Under the pieces are notes generated by a model. That model was not told the DNA's origin. It worked only from the letters and a program-made list of their open reading frames with translations, and made no database searches. Made by a program: the position numbers and the translations under genes. This document shows positions 35,118 through 47,012 of a stretch of DNA of 64,000 bases, piece by piece. Source of the stretch: an uncultured Planctomycetales bacterium (GTDB lineage: Bacteria > Omnitrophota > Gorgyraeia > Gygaellales > Profunditerraquicolaceae). Location of the stretch: positions 3,167-67,166 of the forward strand of contig CAZAPM010000011.1 in assembly GCA_964487475.1 (NCBI GenBank). Reading direction: 5' to 3'. Position 1 is the stretch's first letter. Each line of letters starts with the position of its first letter.

Positions 35118-37544
35118 ATGTTCAACCGGTTCACGGAACGCGCGCGCAAGGTCATCATACTGGCCAAGGAAGAGGCCAGAAGGTTCAACCACGATTATAT
35201 CGGCACCGAGCATATCCTGCTGGGGCTGATCCGCGAAGGAGAGGGCGTCGCCGCGGCAGTGCTGCAGAAGATGGGGGTCTCCCTCGAGAATATCCGGCTG
35301 GAGATCGAGAAGCTGGTGCAGCCCGGGCCGACCACCCAGATCATCGGGGATATCCCTTTTACCCCGCGCGCGAAAAAAGCGCTGGAGCTGGCGGCAGAGG
35401 AAGCCCGTTCCCTGGGGCATAATTATATCGGTACCGAGCATCTGCTGCTGGGCCTGATCCGCGAAGGCGAAGGGGTGGCCTCCCAGGTGCTTTTGAACCT
35501 CGGTCTGGACTTAAACGGCGTGCGCAACGAAGTGATGGAGCTTTTGGGATCCGCCCTTCCCGGGTCTCCCCAGAGCGCGGCAGCCGCCGGACAGGCCAAA
35601 TCCAAGACCCCGGCCCTGGACGCTTTCGGCCGCGACCTGACCGCCCTGGCCCGCGAGAACAAGCTCGATCCGGTGATCGACCGGCATAACGAGATCGAGC
35701 GCGTTATCCAGGTGCTTTCCCGCCGTACCAAGAACAATCCCGTGCTCTTAGGCGAAGCGGGCGTGGGCAAGACCGCGATCGTGGAAGGCCTGGCGCAGTC
35801 CATCATTTCCGGCAACGTGCCGGAGGTCCTGCGCAACAAGCGCATCATCGTGCTGGACCTGGCGCTGATGGTGGCCGGCACCAAGTACCGCGGGCAGTTC
35901 GAGGAACGGATCAAGGCGGTGATGGAGGAGATCAAGCGTTCCCAGGACGTGATCATTTTCATCGACGAACTGCATACCCTGGTGGGGGCCGGCGCGGCGG
36001 AGGGGGCGATCGACGCCTCGAATATCCTCAAGCCGTCCCTTTCCCGCGGGGAGATCCAGTGCATCGGCGCCACGACCATGGACGAGTACCGCAAATATAT
36101 CGAGAAGGACGCCGCGCTGGAGCGGCGTTTCCAGACGATCATGGTCGAGCCTCCTTCGGTGGAACAGACGGTGGAGATACTGAAGGGGCTGCGCGACAAA
36201 TATGAAGCGCATCACCGCGTGACCTTCAAGGACGAAGCGCTGGAGGCGGCGGCCAAGATGTCCGACCGTTATATCTCGGGCCGTTTCCTGCCGGACAAGG
36301 CCATCGACCTTATCGACGAGGCCGGGTCCCGGGCGCGCCTGAACGTGCTGGTGGTGCCTCCCCAGATCAAAGTAGTCGAGGCCAAGATCGAGCACCTGCG
36401 CAAGGAGAAAGAGTCCTTCATCAAGAGCCAGGATTTCGAGAAGGCGGCGGGATTGCGCGACCAGGAGAGGATCACCCGCCAGGAGCTCGATACGCTGACC
36501 AAGGAATGGTCCCAGACCAAGGATAAGACGCGCCCGGAGGTGGGGGAGGAGGAGATCGCCAAGATCGTGGCCCAGGTCACCGGGATCCCCATCGTCAGGC
36601 TCGAGCAGAAGGAGAGCGAGAAGCTGCTGAAGATCGAGGAGGAGTTGCGTACGAACGTGATCGGCCAGGAAGAGGCGCTTTCCGCGATCGCGCGCGCCGT
36701 GCGCCGCTCCCGGGCCGGGATCAAGGACCCGCGCCGTCCCATCGGTTCATTCATCTTCCTCGGTCCTACCGGCGTGGGAAAGACCCTGCTGGCGCGGGCG
36801 CTGGCGGAGTTCATGTTCGGGGATGAGGACGCCCTGCTGCAGCTGGATATGTCCGAGTACATGGAGAAGTTCAACGTCTCGCGCCTGATCGGCGCGCCTC
36901 CGGGATACGTGGGATTCGAGGAGGGCGGCCAGCTGACGGAAAAAGTGCGGCGCCGGCCTTATTCGGTCATTTTGCTTGACGAGATCGAAAAAGCCCATCC
37001 GGACGTGTTCAACCTCCTGCTGCAGGTCTTCGAGGAGGGAAGGTTGACGGACAGTTTCGCCCGCAAGGTGGATTTCCGCAATACCATCATGATCATGACC
37101 TCCAACGTCGGGGCGGACCTGATCCGCAGGACCGGTTCCCTCGGGTTCGTGGCCCAGAAGGACGAGTATACGTACGATGAGATCAAGCGCAAGCTCCTGG
37201 ATGAGGTGAAGAAGGTCTTCAAGCCCGAATTCCTCAACCGTATCGACGATATCATCGTCTTCCATCCGCTCAAGAAGGAGGATTTGCTCAAGATCGTGGA
37301 GATCGAGATCTCCCATGTGGCGGATCGGCTCAAGGAGCAGGGGATCTCCATCGAAGTCACCCAGGAGGCCAAGGAGTTCCTGATCGAGAAGGGCTTCGAC
37401 CCGGTGTACGGGGCGCGGCCCCTGAAGCGGACCATCCAGCGTTTCATCGAGGATCCGCTGGCGCAGGAGATCATCGGCAAGAAATATGTGTCGGGTTCCG
37501 TGGTCAAGGTGACGCGTAAGCACGAGGAACTGGAGTTCGCATAA
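35118..37544 (+). CDS. clpC: ATP-dependent Clp protease ATP-binding subunit ClpC (class III AAA+).
   Basis: [14 protein letters not shown]-terminal Clp_N repeats, two AAA+ modules ([15 protein letters not shown]; [15 protein letters not shown]) and a UVR-like linker. Confidence 0.9.
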   Translation: MFNRFTERARKVIILAKEEARRFNHDYIGTEHILLGLIREGEGVAAAVLQKMGVSLENIRLEIEKLVQPGPTTQIIGDIPFTPRAKKALELAAEEARSLGHNYIGTEHLLLGLIREGEGVASQVLLNLGLDLNGVRNEVMELLGSALPGSPQSAAAAGQAKSKTPALDAFGRDLTALARENKLDPVIDRHNEIERVIQVLSRRTKNNPVLLGEAGVGKTAIVEGLAQSIISGNVPEVLRNKRIIVLDLALMVAGTKYRGQFEERIKAVMEEIKRSQDVIIFIDELHTLVGAGAAEGAIDASNILKPSLSRGEIQCIGATTMDEYRKYIEKDAALERRFQTIMVEPPSVEQTVEILKGLRDKYEAHHRVTFKDEALEAAAKMSDRYISGRFLPDKAIDLIDEAGSRARLNVLVVPPQIKVVEAKIEHLRKEKESFIKSQDFEKAAGLRDQERITRQELDTLTKEWSQTKDKTRPEVGEEEIAKIVAQVTGIPIVRLEQKESEKLLKIEEELRTNVIGQEEALSAIARAVRRSRAGIKDPRRPIGSFIFLGPTGVGKTLLARALAEFMFGDEDALLQLDMSEYMEKFNVSRLIGAPPGYVGFEEGGQLTEKVRRRPYSVILLDEIEKAHPDVFNLLLQVFEEGRLTDSFARKVDFRNTIMIMTSNVGADLIRRTGSLGFVAQKDEYTYDEIKRKLLDEVKKVFKPEFLNRIDDIIVFHPLKKEDLLKIVEIEISHVADRLKEQGISIEVTQEAKEFLIEKGFDPVYGARPLKRTIQRFIEDPLAQEIIGKKYVSGSVVKVTRKHEELEFA

Positions 37545-38335
37545 TGGCGAGCCTTACCCAGGGTTTTATCGAGCTCGGGAAGAGGACCTTGTCCTTCTTC
37601 TATTTTTTCGGGGGGATGGCCAGCCTGACCTGGCAGTGCGTAAGCAGCCTTTTTTCCGCTCCCTGGAAAAGGTCGCGGGTGCTGGTGCAGGCCAAGAAGG
37701 CCGGGTATGATTCCCTGGGGATCGTTTCCCTGGTGGCGCTTTTCATCGGGTTCATCTTTGCCCTGCAGACGGCGTATTTCATGCAGCGCATCGGCTCCGA
37801 GCTCTATATCGCCAGCCTGGTGGCGCTTTCCCTGGTGCGGGAGCTCGGGCCCGTGATCACGGCGCTGGTGGTGGCCGGCCGGGTGGGCGCGGCGATCACC
37901 GCGGAGCTGGGCACGATGCAGGTCACGGAGCAGATCGATGCGCTGGAGACCATGGCGGTCTCTCCGGTGCAGTACCTGGTGGTGCCGCGGTTCATCGCCC
38001 TGGCGGTGATGCTGCCTTTGCTGACGCTTTACGCCGATATCATCGGGATCTTCGGCAGCTATCTGATCTGCGTGTACAAGCTGGGGATCTCCTCCAGCCT
38101 GTATCTGAACGTCACCTTCGACGCGCTGCTGTTCAAGGACCTTTTCACGGGATTGCTCAAGACCGTCTTCTTCGGGATGATCATCGCCATCGTCAGCTGT
38201 TTCGAGGGCTTTAATGTCGAGGGCGGCGCCGAAGGGGTAGGCAAGGGGACCACCCGTTCGGTGGTCACTTCGTTCATCATGATCATTGCCGCGGACTGCT
38301 TCTTCACCGCGGTGTTCTACTTCATCTTTCCCTAG
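37544..38335 (+). CDS. mlaE: MlaE-type ABC transporter permease (phospholipid transport).
   Basis: 263 aa MlaE/Ttg2B family permease, immediately followed by the MlaF ATPase and an MCE protein. Confidence 0.8.
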   Translation: MASLTQGFIELGKRTLSFFYFFGGMASLTWQCVSSLFSAPWKRSRVLVQAKKAGYDSLGIVSLVALFIGFIFALQTAYFMQRIGSELYIASLVALSLVRELGPVITALVVAGRVGAAITAELGTMQVTEQIDALETMAVSPVQYLVVPRFIALAVMLPLLTLYADIIGIFGSYLICVYKLGISSSLYLNVTFDALLFKDLFTGLLKTVFFGMIIAIVSCFEGFNVEGGAEGVGKGTTRSVVTSFIMIIAADCFFTAVFYFIFP

Positions 38336-38343
38336 GGGCGCGC

Positions 38344-39114
38344 ATGATCGAGATCATCAACGTGAGTAAGCGGTTCGGCGGACACCGGGTGCTGGAATCG
38401 GCGAGCCTGACGATCCCCGCGGGTTCGACGTGCGTGATCCTGGGCCGTTCCGGGTGCGGGAAATCGGTGCTCCTGAAGCATATCGTGGGGCTGTTGAAGC
38501 CCGATGCGGGAACGGTCAAAGTGGAAGGCAAGGACCTGGCGCACCTGCCTAAGCAGGAGATGGACGGTTTGCGCATGAGGATTGGCATGGTCTTCCAGGG
38601 CGGCGCGCTCTTCGATTCCATGACCGTGGGCGAGAACGTGGGCTTCGGGTTGATCGAGCACCAGAGGCCGGAGCGCAAGGAGCTGATGGAGCGCATCGAG
38701 GAATCCTTATGCATGGTGGGCTTAGGGGGTATCCAGAACCTGATGCCCGCGGAGCTTTCCGGCGGCATGAAGAAGAGGGTGGCCCTGGCCCGCGCCATCT
38801 GTATGCGGCCGCAGATCATCCTTTACGACGAGCCGACGACCGGGGTCGATCCGATCACGGCGGATTCCATCAACGAGCTGATCCGGGCCATGCATGACAG
38901 GCTTAAAGTGACGTCGGTGGTGGTGACGCATGACATGAAAAGCGCGTATCGCGTCGGGGATAAACTGGCGATGCTCTACCAGGGCAAGATCATCGCCGAA
39001 GGCACGCCCGAGGAGATCCAGAAGACGGATAATGCCGTGGTGCATCAGTTCATCAACGGATTGGCGCACGGCCCGATCACGGAAACGATCGATAAGTACC
39101 GGTCCTGTTTATAA
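38344..39114 (+). CDS. mlaF: MlaF-type ABC transporter ATP-binding protein.
   Basis: GRSGCGKSVLLKHIVGL Walker A and LSGGMKKRVALARA signature. Confidence 0.8.
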   Translation: MIEIINVSKRFGGHRVLESASLTIPAGSTCVILGRSGCGKSVLLKHIVGLLKPDAGTVKVEGKDLAHLPKQEMDGLRMRIGMVFQGGALFDSMTVGENVGFGLIEHQRPERKELMERIEESLCMVGLGGIQNLMPAELSGGMKKRVALARAICMRPQIILYDEPTTGVDPITADSINELIRAMHDRLKVTSVVVTHDMKSAYRVGDKLAMLYQGKIIAEGTPEEIQKTDNAVVHQFINGLAHGPITETIDKYRSCL

Positions 39115-39186
39115 GTATTTTTCTGCGTCACACCCCGGCTTATCGGAATGCCGGGTGTTGCACTTTCTGTGCAAGGAGGTTTTCCT

Positions 39187-39792
39187 ATGATCTTCGGTAA
39201 AACGAAGCTGGAGTTGCAGGTAGGGGTGTTCGTCTTTATCGGCCTGGTCATTCTGGGCGTGCTGGTGCTGATGATCGGCAAGTTCGAGCTTTGGAACGGC
39301 GGGTATGAGTTCGCGACCACGTTCAATTTCGTCAACGGGGTCAAGCTCGGCGCGCCGGTGCGTTTCGCCGGGGTGGACGTGGGCGAGGTCAGGGACGTGC
39401 AGGTGTATTTCTCTCCCGAGGAATCGAGAAGCAAGGTGCGGGTGGTGGTCTGGGTCAAGAACGGACTGCAGATACCCGTGGATTCCACGGTGTGGGTCAA
39501 CACTCTGGGGTTGCTGGGGGAAAAATACGTGGAGATCATGGCGGGCGATAACCGGGAGCAGTTCGTGACCGCCAACTATACCCTGACGGGCAAGGACCCG
39601 GTGGCCATGCATGAGGTGGGCGAGCTGGCCAAGAAGGTGGTGACCGATATCGACGATAATATCGTCAAGATCAAGGAAGGGGAGGGTACCGTCGGCAGGC
39701 TGCTCAACGACGATTCGATCTATAAGGAGATCGAGGCCCTGGTCATGGATTTGCGCCGCCATCCCTGGAAGCTTTTCTGGAAGACGAAGTAA
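39187..39792 (+). CDS. mlaD: MlaD-type MCE domain protein.
   Basis: N-terminal TM segment followed by an MCE domain. ATG 39187 is preceded by AAGGAGG. Confidence 0.75.
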   Translation: MIFGKTKLELQVGVFVFIGLVILGVLVLMIGKFELWNGGYEFATTFNFVNGVKLGAPVRFAGVDVGEVRDVQVYFSPEESRSKVRVVVWVKNGLQIPVDSTVWVNTLGLLGEKYVEIMAGDNREQFVTANYTLTGKDPVAMHEVGELAKKVVTDIDDNIVKIKEGEGTVGRLLNDDSIYKEIEALVMDLRRHPWKLFWKTK

Positions 39793-41159
39793 TGTCGAAA
39801 CCAAAAACGGTGTTCACCTGCCAGTCCTGCGGGTTTCAGTCCCCGCGGTGGCTGGGCAAGTGCCCGGATTGCAACAGCTGGAATTCCTTTACCGAAGAGA
39901 CGTTCCAGGAGGTCCCTGCGAGGTCCAAGGAGCGGGTCTCCGTATATACCGAAGAGCCGGTGCTCTTAAGCAGCGTCGAGATCAAGGATTCCCCCAGGAT
40001 AGAAACGCATATCCAGGAGTTGGACCGGGTCTTGGGAGGGGGGATCGTGCCCGGGTCGGTGGTGCTCATCGGAGGCGATCCGGGGATAGGCAAGTCGACC
40101 ATTTCTCTGCAGATCGCCAACCACCTGACCGAACAGGGCGGAAGGGTCCTCTATGTCAGCGGAGAGGAGTCCGTGGCGCAGACCAAGATGCGCGCCAAGC
40201 GCCTGGGCGCGGGCAATAAGGGCGAGCTTTATATCGTCAGCCAGACGGACCTGGCGTTGATCAAGGAGTATATCCGTAAGCTGGCACCGGCGGCGGTGTT
40301 CATCGATTCGATCCAGGTAGTGTTCGATCCCCTGATCTCTTCGGCTGCCGGAAGCGTGACGCAGGTGCGGGAGTGCGCTTCGGCGCTGACCCATCTGGCG
40401 AAATCCAGCGGGGTGAGCGTCTTTATCATCGGGCACGTGACCAAGGAAGGCACGCTGGCCGGCCCGAGGGTCTTGGAGCATATCGTGGATACGGTGCTGT
40501 ATTTCGAGGGGGACAGGTTCTCCTCGTACCGGGTGCTGCGGGCGGTGAAGAACCGCTTCGGTTCGACCAACGAGATAGGGGTCTTCGAGATGTCGTCATC
40601 CGGGCTGGCGCAGGTGGCCAATCCCTCCGAGATCTTCCTGGCGGAGAAGCCCAAGAACGTTTCCGGCTCGGTGGTCTCGGCGATAGTCGAAGGGGGCCGT
40701 TCCCTGCTGGTCGAAGTGCAGGCGCTCGTCTCCCGCAGCGGGGTGGGGTTCGCCCGCCGCAAATCCGAGGGGTTCGATTATAACCGCCTGGCGCTGCTGG
40801 TGGCGGTGCTGGAAAAGCGCATCGGGCTGCGCCTGGAAGCGGAGGATATTTTTGTCAATGTGGTCGGAGGGATCAAGGTGGAGGATCCGGCCGCCGACCT
40901 GGCGGTATCCGCGGCGGTAGCCTCGGCCTTCAAGGATGCTCCGGTTGACGCCCGGACCGCGCTGGTAGGCGAGGTCGGGTTAGCCGGCGAGATCCGCAGC
41001 ATCTCCCAGCCGGGGCTGAGGGTCAACGAAGCGCAGAAGCTCGGGTTCACGAGGATCCTGGTGCCAAAAACAGGCGCCAAGGGGCTGCATGCGGCAAAAG
41101 GGTGTGAGGTTGTTCCGGTGGCGACGCTGAAGGAAGCGTTCGATCACGTTTTTATTTAA
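39792..41159 (+). CDS. radA: DNA repair protein RadA (Sms).
   Basis: N-terminal C4 zinc finger ([21 protein letters not shown]), RecA-like Walker [10 protein letters not shown] and a Lon-like C-terminal domain. Confidence 0.9.
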   Translation: MSKPKTVFTCQSCGFQSPRWLGKCPDCNSWNSFTEETFQEVPARSKERVSVYTEEPVLLSSVEIKDSPRIETHIQELDRVLGGGIVPGSVVLIGGDPGIGKSTISLQIANHLTEQGGRVLYVSGEESVAQTKMRAKRLGAGNKGELYIVSQTDLALIKEYIRKLAPAAVFIDSIQVVFDPLISSAAGSVTQVRECASALTHLAKSSGVSVFIIGHVTKEGTLAGPRVLEHIVDTVLYFEGDRFSSYRVLRAVKNRFGSTNEIGVFEMSSSGLAQVANPSEIFLAEKPKNVSGSVVSAIVEGGRSLLVEVQALVSRSGVGFARRKSEGFDYNRLALLVAVLEKRIGLRLEAEDIFVNVVGGIKVEDPAADLAVSAAVASAFKDAPVDARTALVGEVGLAGEIRSISQPGLRVNEAQKLGFTRILVPKTGAKGLHAAKGCEVVPVATLKEAFDHVFI

Positions 41160-41176
41160 TTTCTTCGGAGGTTCAT

Positions 41177-42157
41177 ATGAATCTATTGTCGGTACGTTTG
41201 ATGTTCTTATTCATCAGCATGGTGGTGGGGTATTTTTCCCTGGAATCGAGGAATCTGGAGTGGCTGGGTATCTTTTTGGGCGGCGCGGCAGCGGGGCTTT
41301 TGATCCTGCTGGAGGTGGCCATGCGCAAGGTTTCCGTGCGCGGGCTTTCCAGCGCGGTGTTCGGGATGATCCTGGGGCTGATCATGTCCAAGTTCGTGAT
41401 CGACGCCTTCGGCCTGGCCCGCATGAGCCCGGAAGCGTACGAGCACCTCAAAGTGGTGACCACTCTTACTCTTTGCTATCTGGGCATGGTCATCGGCCTG
41501 CGGGGTAAGGACGAGTTCAACGTGATCATTCCCTATATCCGCTTGCGCCGCCAGGACCAGAACGAGGAGGTCACGGTGCTCGACACCAGCGTCATCATCG
41601 ACGGCCGGGCCCTGGACATCTTCAAGACCAAATTCCTCGAGGGAAAGCTCATCATCCCCAAGTTCGTCTTAAAGGAGCTGCAGCAGATCGCGGATTCCAC
41701 CGACCCCATGAAGCGCCAGCGCGGACGCCGGGGTCTGGAGATCCTGCACGCCATGCAGCGCGAAAGCGGCCAGGATATCAATTTGCACGACGAGGAGTTC
41801 CCGGAGATCCATGAGGTGGACGCCAAGCTGGTCAAACTGGCGAAGGTGCTGGAAGCCAAGATCATGACCGTGGATTTCAACTTGAACCGCGTGGCCTCGC
41901 TGCAGGGGATCAAGGTGCTCAATATCAACGAGCTGGCCAATGCCTTGAAGCCGGTGGTGTTCCCCGGAGAACAGATGCACGTGAAGCTGATCAAGGAAGG
42001 CAAGGAGCATAACCAGGCGGTAGGCTACCTGGATGACGGCACCATGATCGTGGTCGAGGACGGCCGCAGGTTCATCGGCCAGGACGTACGGGTCGTGGTG
42101 ACCTCCGTGCTGCAGACGCAGGCCGGAAGGATGATCTTTGCCAAGATGGAGCGCTGA
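41177..42157 (+). CDS. PIN/TRAM domain membrane protein (YacL-like).
   Basis: N-terminal TM segments, a PIN domain ([11 protein letters not shown]) and a C-terminal TRAM-like domain. Position downstream of radA as in Firmicutes. Confidence 0.7.
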   Translation: MNLLSVRLMFLFISMVVGYFSLESRNLEWLGIFLGGAAAGLLILLEVAMRKVSVRGLSSAVFGMILGLIMSKFVIDAFGLARMSPEAYEHLKVVTTLTLCYLGMVIGLRGKDEFNVIIPYIRLRRQDQNEEVTVLDTSVIIDGRALDIFKTKFLEGKLIIPKFVLKELQQIADSTDPMKRQRGRRGLEILHAMQRESGQDINLHDEEFPEIHEVDAKLVKLAKVLEAKIMTVDFNLNRVASLQGIKVLNINELANALKPVVFPGEQMHVKLIKEGKEHNQAVGYLDDGTMIVVEDGRRFIGQDVRVVVTSVLQTQAGRMIFAKMER

Positions 42158-42162
42158 ACCCG

Positions 42163-42864
42163 ATGCGTACCGCCGCCATTATCCTCGCCGCGGGAAAGGG
42201 CACGCGGCTTAAGTCCCGGACGGTCAAGCCTCTGATCGCGCTGGCCGGAAAGCCGCTGGTGGCGTATTCGATCGGGGTATTCGACCGGCATCCGGGTATC
42301 GACGATATTGTGGTGGTGGTAAGCCCTCAGGCGCGGCCCGGGGTGATGCGGCTGCTGGCAAAGGGCAGGTACCGGAAGATCTGCGCGGTGGTACGGGGGG
42401 GCAAAGAGCGCCAGGATTCGGTGCGCTGCGGTCTGCAGGCGCTGCGCGCGCTGCGGATATGCGCCGATCTTGTCGCGGTGCACGATTCGGCCCGGCCTTT
42501 TGTGACGGAGCCGTTGATCTCTGAACTGCTGGCGGAGGCGAAACGCTTTGGGGCGGCGATCCCGGCGGTCCCGGTCAAGGCGACGATCAAGCTGGTGCGC
42601 CAGAGGGCAAAGGTGCGCTCGCGTTTTGTGGAAAGGACTGTCGAGCGAAGCCGCCTCTGGGAAGTGCAGACCCCGCAGGTGTTTCGCCGGGCGCTTCTGG
42701 AAGAGGGTTTTGCGCGTTTCGGTGTGCATCCGGTCACCGACGACGCGATGCTGGTGGAAAAGATGGGCCGGCCTGTCGCGGTGGTGGAAGGTTCATACCG
42801 CAATATCAAGGTGACATCTCCCGAGGATGTGCTGGCGGCCAGGGCATTGTTGAGGAGCATATGA
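42163..42864 (+). CDS. ispD: 2-C-methyl-D-erythritol 4-phosphate cytidylyltransferase.
   Basis: AIILAAGKGTRLKS N-terminal nucleotidyltransferase motif; followed by ispF. Confidence 0.85.
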   Translation: MRTAAIILAAGKGTRLKSRTVKPLIALAGKPLVAYSIGVFDRHPGIDDIVVVVSPQARPGVMRLLAKGRYRKICAVVRGGKERQDSVRCGLQALRALRICADLVAVHDSARPFVTEPLISELLAEAKRFGAAIPAVPVKATIKLVRQRAKVRSRFVERTVERSRLWEVQTPQVFRRALLEEGFARFGVHPVTDDAMLVEKMGRPVAVVEGSYRNIKVTSPEDVLAARALLRSI

Positions 42865-43349
42865 CGTACCGCAGCGGAATAGGATACGACATACACCGGT
42901 ATGTGCCGGGGCGTCCCCTGATGCTGGGGGGAGTGCATATCCCCCATGCCTTCGGGCTGCAGGGTCACTCCGACGCGGATGTGCTGCTGCACGCCGTGAC
43001 CGACGCGCTGCTGGGAGCCGCCGGCCTAGGGGACATCGGGGAGCATTTTCCCGACACCGATCCGGCGTATAAAGGCATGGACAGCGCGGTGCTGGCGTCG
43101 AGGGCGGCGGCGCTGGCGAAGGAAAAGGGATTCCGCATCGTCAATATCGATGCGGTGGTGGTGCTGCAGGAGCCGAAACTTTCCCCGTATAAAGCGCAGA
43201 TCGCATCTGCGGTGGCGAAGGCGCTGGGCATCCTGCCGGAACAGGTAAGCATTAAAGCCAAGACCAACGAAGGGCTGGATGCGGTGGGAGCGGGCCAGGC
43301 GGTCTCTTCATTCGCCGTGGCGCTTCTCGCGAGGGAGGGACAGGAATGA
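42861..43349 (+). CDS. ispF: 2-C-methyl-D-erythritol 2,4-cyclodiphosphate synthase.
   Basis: GIGYDIHRY...[19 protein letters not shown] is the signature IspF region. Confidence 0.9.
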   Translation: MTYRSGIGYDIHRYVPGRPLMLGGVHIPHAFGLQGHSDADVLLHAVTDALLGAAGLGDIGEHFPDTDPAYKGMDSAVLASRAAALAKEKGFRIVNIDAVVVLQEPKLSPYKAQIASAVAKALGILPEQVSIKAKTNEGLDAVGAGQAVSSFAVALLAREGQE

Positions 43350-44047
43350 CGGTGACGATCCTTGTGTGGACGCTGGGAACGCTCCTGGCGCTTTTTGTCA
43401 TAAAGACCGCGGTGATCTCCTGGGTGTTCTTCGAGGATATCCAGAACATCCGGAAAAAGGACCCCGCAGCCTGCGGGTTCCTGCAGGTGGTGATCCTGTA
43501 CCAGGGGCTGCACGCGCTCGTGTGGCACAGGATCGCGCATGCGCTTTACCGCCTGCGTCTGTGCTTCCTTTCCCGGGCGGTCTCCCAGATCTCCCGCAGC
43601 TTGACCGGCATCGAGATCCATCCCGGCGCGAAGATCGGCAGGCGTTTTTTCGTCGATCACGGTATGGGTGTGGTGATCGGAGAGACGGCCGAGGTGGGCA
43701 ATGACGTGCTTTTGTACCAGGGGGTGACCTTAGGGGGCACCGGCCTGGTCAACGAGAAGCGGCATCCCACGATCGGCAACAACGTGGTGATCGGCGCGGG
43801 GGCGAAAGTGCTGGGCAATATCAAGGTGGGGGATAACTCCTATATCGGAGCCAACGCGGTGGTGATCAAGGACGTGCCCCCGAATTCGACGGTGGTGGGC
43901 GTGCCGGGAAGGGTGACCAGGCAGGAAGGCAAGAAGATCGAGCTTGCCCTGGACCACGTGCATATCCTCGACCCGATCATGCAGCAGATACAGGAACTGG
44001 AAAAGAGGATCGACTCCTTCGAGCATAAGAAGCATCATAATCTATAG
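43346..44047 (+). CDS. cysE: Serine O-acetyltransferase.
   Basis: Hexapeptide-repeat acetyltransferase with [34 protein letters not shown]. Confidence 0.85.
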   Translation: MTVTILVWTLGTLLALFVIKTAVISWVFFEDIQNIRKKDPAACGFLQVVILYQGLHALVWHRIAHALYRLRLCFLSRAVSQISRSLTGIEIHPGAKIGRRFFVDHGMGVVIGETAEVGNDVLLYQGVTLGGTGLVNEKRHPTIGNNVVIGAGAKVLGNIKVGDNSYIGANAVVIKDVPPNSTVVGVPGRVTRQEGKKIELALDHVHILDPIMQQIQELEKRIDSFEHKKHHNL

Positions 44048-45445
44048 ATGGCACTTTCCTTTTATAATTCTTTAACCCGCACCAAGGATGAGTTCCTGCC
44101 TTTGCACCCTCCCGCGGTCAAGATGTACACCTGCGGGGTGACGGTCTACGACGACTGTCATATCGGCCATGCCCGCAGCCTTTTCATCTTCACCGTGATC
44201 CGCGACTATCTTAAGTACCGGGGCTACGAGGTCACCCTGGTGCGCAACATCACTGATATCGACGATAAGATCATTGCCCGCGCCCGGGAGTCGGGAGTGC
44301 CGTGGCAGCAGCTGGTGTCCACCTATATCGCCCGGTATTACGAGGATATGCGTGCGCTGGGGATCCCGGCCGCGGATGTCGAGCCGCGGGCCACCGAGAA
44401 CATCCCCGAGATGATCGCCTACATCGGTACGCTGATCGAACGGGGGTTCGCCTATGCCACGGGATCCGGGGTGTACTTCAACGTGCGCAAGAGCCGGGAG
44501 TACGGCAAACTTTCCGGCCAGGGCGTCGACCAGATGCTGACGGGAGTGCGCAAGGAATCCGAGGAATCCAAGGCCGACCCGCTGGATTTCGCCCTTTGGA
44601 AATCCTCCAAGCCCGGGGAGCCTTCATGGGAGAGCCCCTGGGGCCAGGGCCGCCCCGGATGGCATATCGAATGTTCCGTGATGAGCCAGAAGTATCTTGC
44701 GACCGACACGCTGGATATCCACGCCGGAGGCCGGGACCTGATCTTTCCCCATCATGAGAACGAGACCGCGCAGGCCGAGGCGTGCACGGGGAAGCCGTTC
44801 GCGAAGTACTGGATCCATCACGGGCTGTTGACCATCAACGGCCAGAAGATGTCAAAATCCCTGGGTAATTTCGTGACCATCCGGGATTTCCTCGCCCGCT
44901 ACGGCAATGCGGATTTCCTGAAGCTCTTTTTCCTTTCGGCGCACTACGCCAGCCCGATCGATTACACCGAGGAGAGGATCGCGGAATCCCGCCAGGCCTT
45001 GGAGCGGGTGTCGATCCTTTATGGAAAGCTGGCGCAGCGGATGTCCCCTGCCTGCGCCCTGCCGCAGCCGCTGGCGGATGCGCTCGCGCGCTGCCGGGAG
45101 CTTTTCATCGAAGCGCTGGATGACGATTTCAATACGCCGCGGGCCCTGGCGGTGTACTTCGAGCTGGTGGGGTTCGCCAACAAGCATCTCGACGAGCCGG
45201 GGTTCGCGCCGGCGGTCAAGGCGGTGCTGGACGAATTTTCCGGAGTGCTGGGATTCTCTGCCCGGGTTTCACCGCAGGCGGAGGGCGCGGATTCCTGGAT
45301 CGAGGAGATGATCGCGAAGCGCCAGGCCGCGAAGTCGCGCAAGGAGTACCAGGAGGCGGACCGTATCCGCGGCGAGCTTGCGGCCAGGGGAGTGGTGATC
45401 GAGGATTCCAAGGACGGCACGACCACATGGCGGAAAAAACTCTGA
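44048..45445 (+). CDS. cysS: Cysteine--tRNA ligase.
   Basis: Class I HIGH motif in CHIGHARS and a KMSKS motif (KMSKSLGN). Confidence 0.9.
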   Translation: MALSFYNSLTRTKDEFLPLHPPAVKMYTCGVTVYDDCHIGHARSLFIFTVIRDYLKYRGYEVTLVRNITDIDDKIIARARESGVPWQQLVSTYIARYYEDMRALGIPAADVEPRATENIPEMIAYIGTLIERGFAYATGSGVYFNVRKSREYGKLSGQGVDQMLTGVRKESEESKADPLDFALWKSSKPGEPSWESPWGQGRPGWHIECSVMSQKYLATDTLDIHAGGRDLIFPHHENETAQAEACTGKPFAKYWIHHGLLTINGQKMSKSLGNFVTIRDFLARYGNADFLKLFFLSAHYASPIDYTEERIAESRQALERVSILYGKLAQRMSPACALPQPLADALARCRELFIEALDDDFNTPRALAVYFELVGFANKHLDEPGFAPAVKAVLDEFSGVLGFSARVSPQAEGADSWIEEMIAKRQAAKSRKEYQEADRIRGELAARGVVIEDSKDGTTTWRKKL

Positions 45446-46119
45446 TGAAAAAAGGGGTGTTCATCACGTTCGAGGGGTCCGAGGGGTGCGGCAAGAGCAC
45501 GCAGTCGAGGCTGCTCTCCGAGCATCTGAGGCGGCTGGGGCACGGCGTCGTCTACCTGCGCGAGCCGGGAGGGACCGATATCAGCGAGCAGATACGGGGA
45601 GTGCTTCTGGACGGAAAGAACCAGGCCATGTCTTCGGCGTGCGAGCTTCTTCTGTATATGGCGGCGCGCGCGCAGGTGGTGGCACAGGTGATCGTGCCGG
45701 CGCTGCGTCAGGGCCGGATCGTGATCTGCGACCGTTTTCTCGATTCCACCCTCGCATATCAGGGGTACGGGTTAGGGATCGATCCGGCGGTGATCCGTAC
45801 GATGGGCAAGTACGCGACGGGAAACCTGGCGCCTGACCTGACCCTGCTGATGGATGTGCCCCTGGAACAGGGGCTGGCGCACCGTCGGGGAAGCTCTGAC
45901 CGCATCGAGCAGCGTGATTTAGCATACCACCGCCGGGTGCGAAGGGGGTATTTCGCCCTGGCCCGCAGGGAACCGTCCCGCATCAAAGTGATCAAGGTCG
46001 ACGATGACCTTCAGGAAACGCAGCGCAGCGTACGCAGCGCGGTAGAAAGGTTGCTGGAATGTCGTTCGAAACGGTGCTCGGCCAGGAACGCGCGGTCGCG
46101 CAGCTCACGCACGCGGTAA
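45446..46119 (+). CDS. tmk: Thymidylate kinase.
   Basis: ITFEGSEGCGKST P-loop. ATG 45446 directly follows the cysS stop; an alternative upstream ATG 45427 overlaps cysS. Confidence 0.8.
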
Positions 46120-47012
46120 CTTCCGGCCGCCTGGGGCACGCCTATCTTTTGTGCGGGCCTCAAGGGGTGGGCAAGTTCCTTGCGGCGAAGGAGTTCGCCA
46201 AGCTGCTCAATTGCGCCTCTCCCGGGCCGCAGGGCCCGTGCGATACCTGCGATCCCTGCCGCAAGGCGGATAAGGGGATGCACCCCGATATCTTCTGCAT
46301 CGACGAGGGGGACGACGAGATCAAGATCGAGCAGGTCCGCGCGCTGCAGAAGCATTTGAGCCTGCGGCCGTACGAGGGCGCGAGGAAGGTATGTCTGGTC
46401 AACAACTGCCACCGTCTGGGCATTGCGGCAGCGCACGCGTTCCTGAAGACTTTGGAGGAGCCTGCCGGTTCCTGTGTGCTGGTGCTGGTGACGGATAAGC
46501 CCGGCCGGCTTTTGAAGACCATCACCTCCCGTTGCCAGGCGGTGTATTTCACCCCGCTGCCGCGGGATATCCTCGCGGGGATGCTGCGGGAGCGTTTCGG
46601 CGTGGCGGAGGCGCCGGCGCATTTCCTCGCCTATTACTGCGAGGGCAGGATCGGAAGCGCCCTGCGCCTGAACCGCGAAGGCGTGATGGAGGAGAAGAAC
46701 CGTTTGCTGGATATGCTGGTCTCCTCCCGCCGGGACCCTCCGGGACTGGATAAGGAAGAGATGGTGCGTTTATGCAATATGGCCGCCAGCTGGCTGCGCG
46801 ATGCCGCGTATCTGCGCTCGGGCGGCGAGGCCGGGGAGTTGATCCACCGCGACCGTGCCGGGCAGCTGGCCGCATATGCCCAGGCGCTGACTCCCGGGCA
46901 GTTGACGCAGGCCCTCGAGGCCTGCGCGAGATCGCTGGAGTATCTGGAACATAACATCAATGCCAAGCTGGTAGTTTCCTACCTGCAGCAGTTGTATATG
47001 AGAGGTGCGTAA
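46059..47012 (+). CDS. holB: DNA polymerase III delta' subunit.
   Basis: HAYLLCGPQGVGKFLAAKEFAKLLNC AAA+ clamp-loader motif. Confidence 0.8.
   Translation: MSFETVLGQERAVAQLTHAVTSGRLGHAYLLCGPQGVGKFLAAKEFAKLLNCASPGPQGPCDTCDPCRKADKGMHPDIFCIDEGDDEIKIEQVRALQKHLSLRPYEGARKVCLVNNCHRLGIAAAHAFLKTLEEPAGSCVLVLVTDKPGRLLKTITSRCQAVYFTPLPRDILAGMLRERFGVAEAPAHFLAYYCEGRIGSALRLNREGVMEEKNRLLDMLVSSRRDPPGLDKEEMVRLCNMAASWLRDAAYLRSGGEAGELIHRDRAGQLAAYAQALTPGQLTQALEACARSLEYLEHNINAKLVVSYLQQLYMRGA

Noticed and set aside
39131-39157. Short inverted repeat CCCGGC-N10-GCCGGG between mlaF and mlaD.
   Set aside because: Only a 6-bp stem with a 10-nt loop and no downstream T-tract. More likely a chance GC palindrome than a terminator or attenuator.
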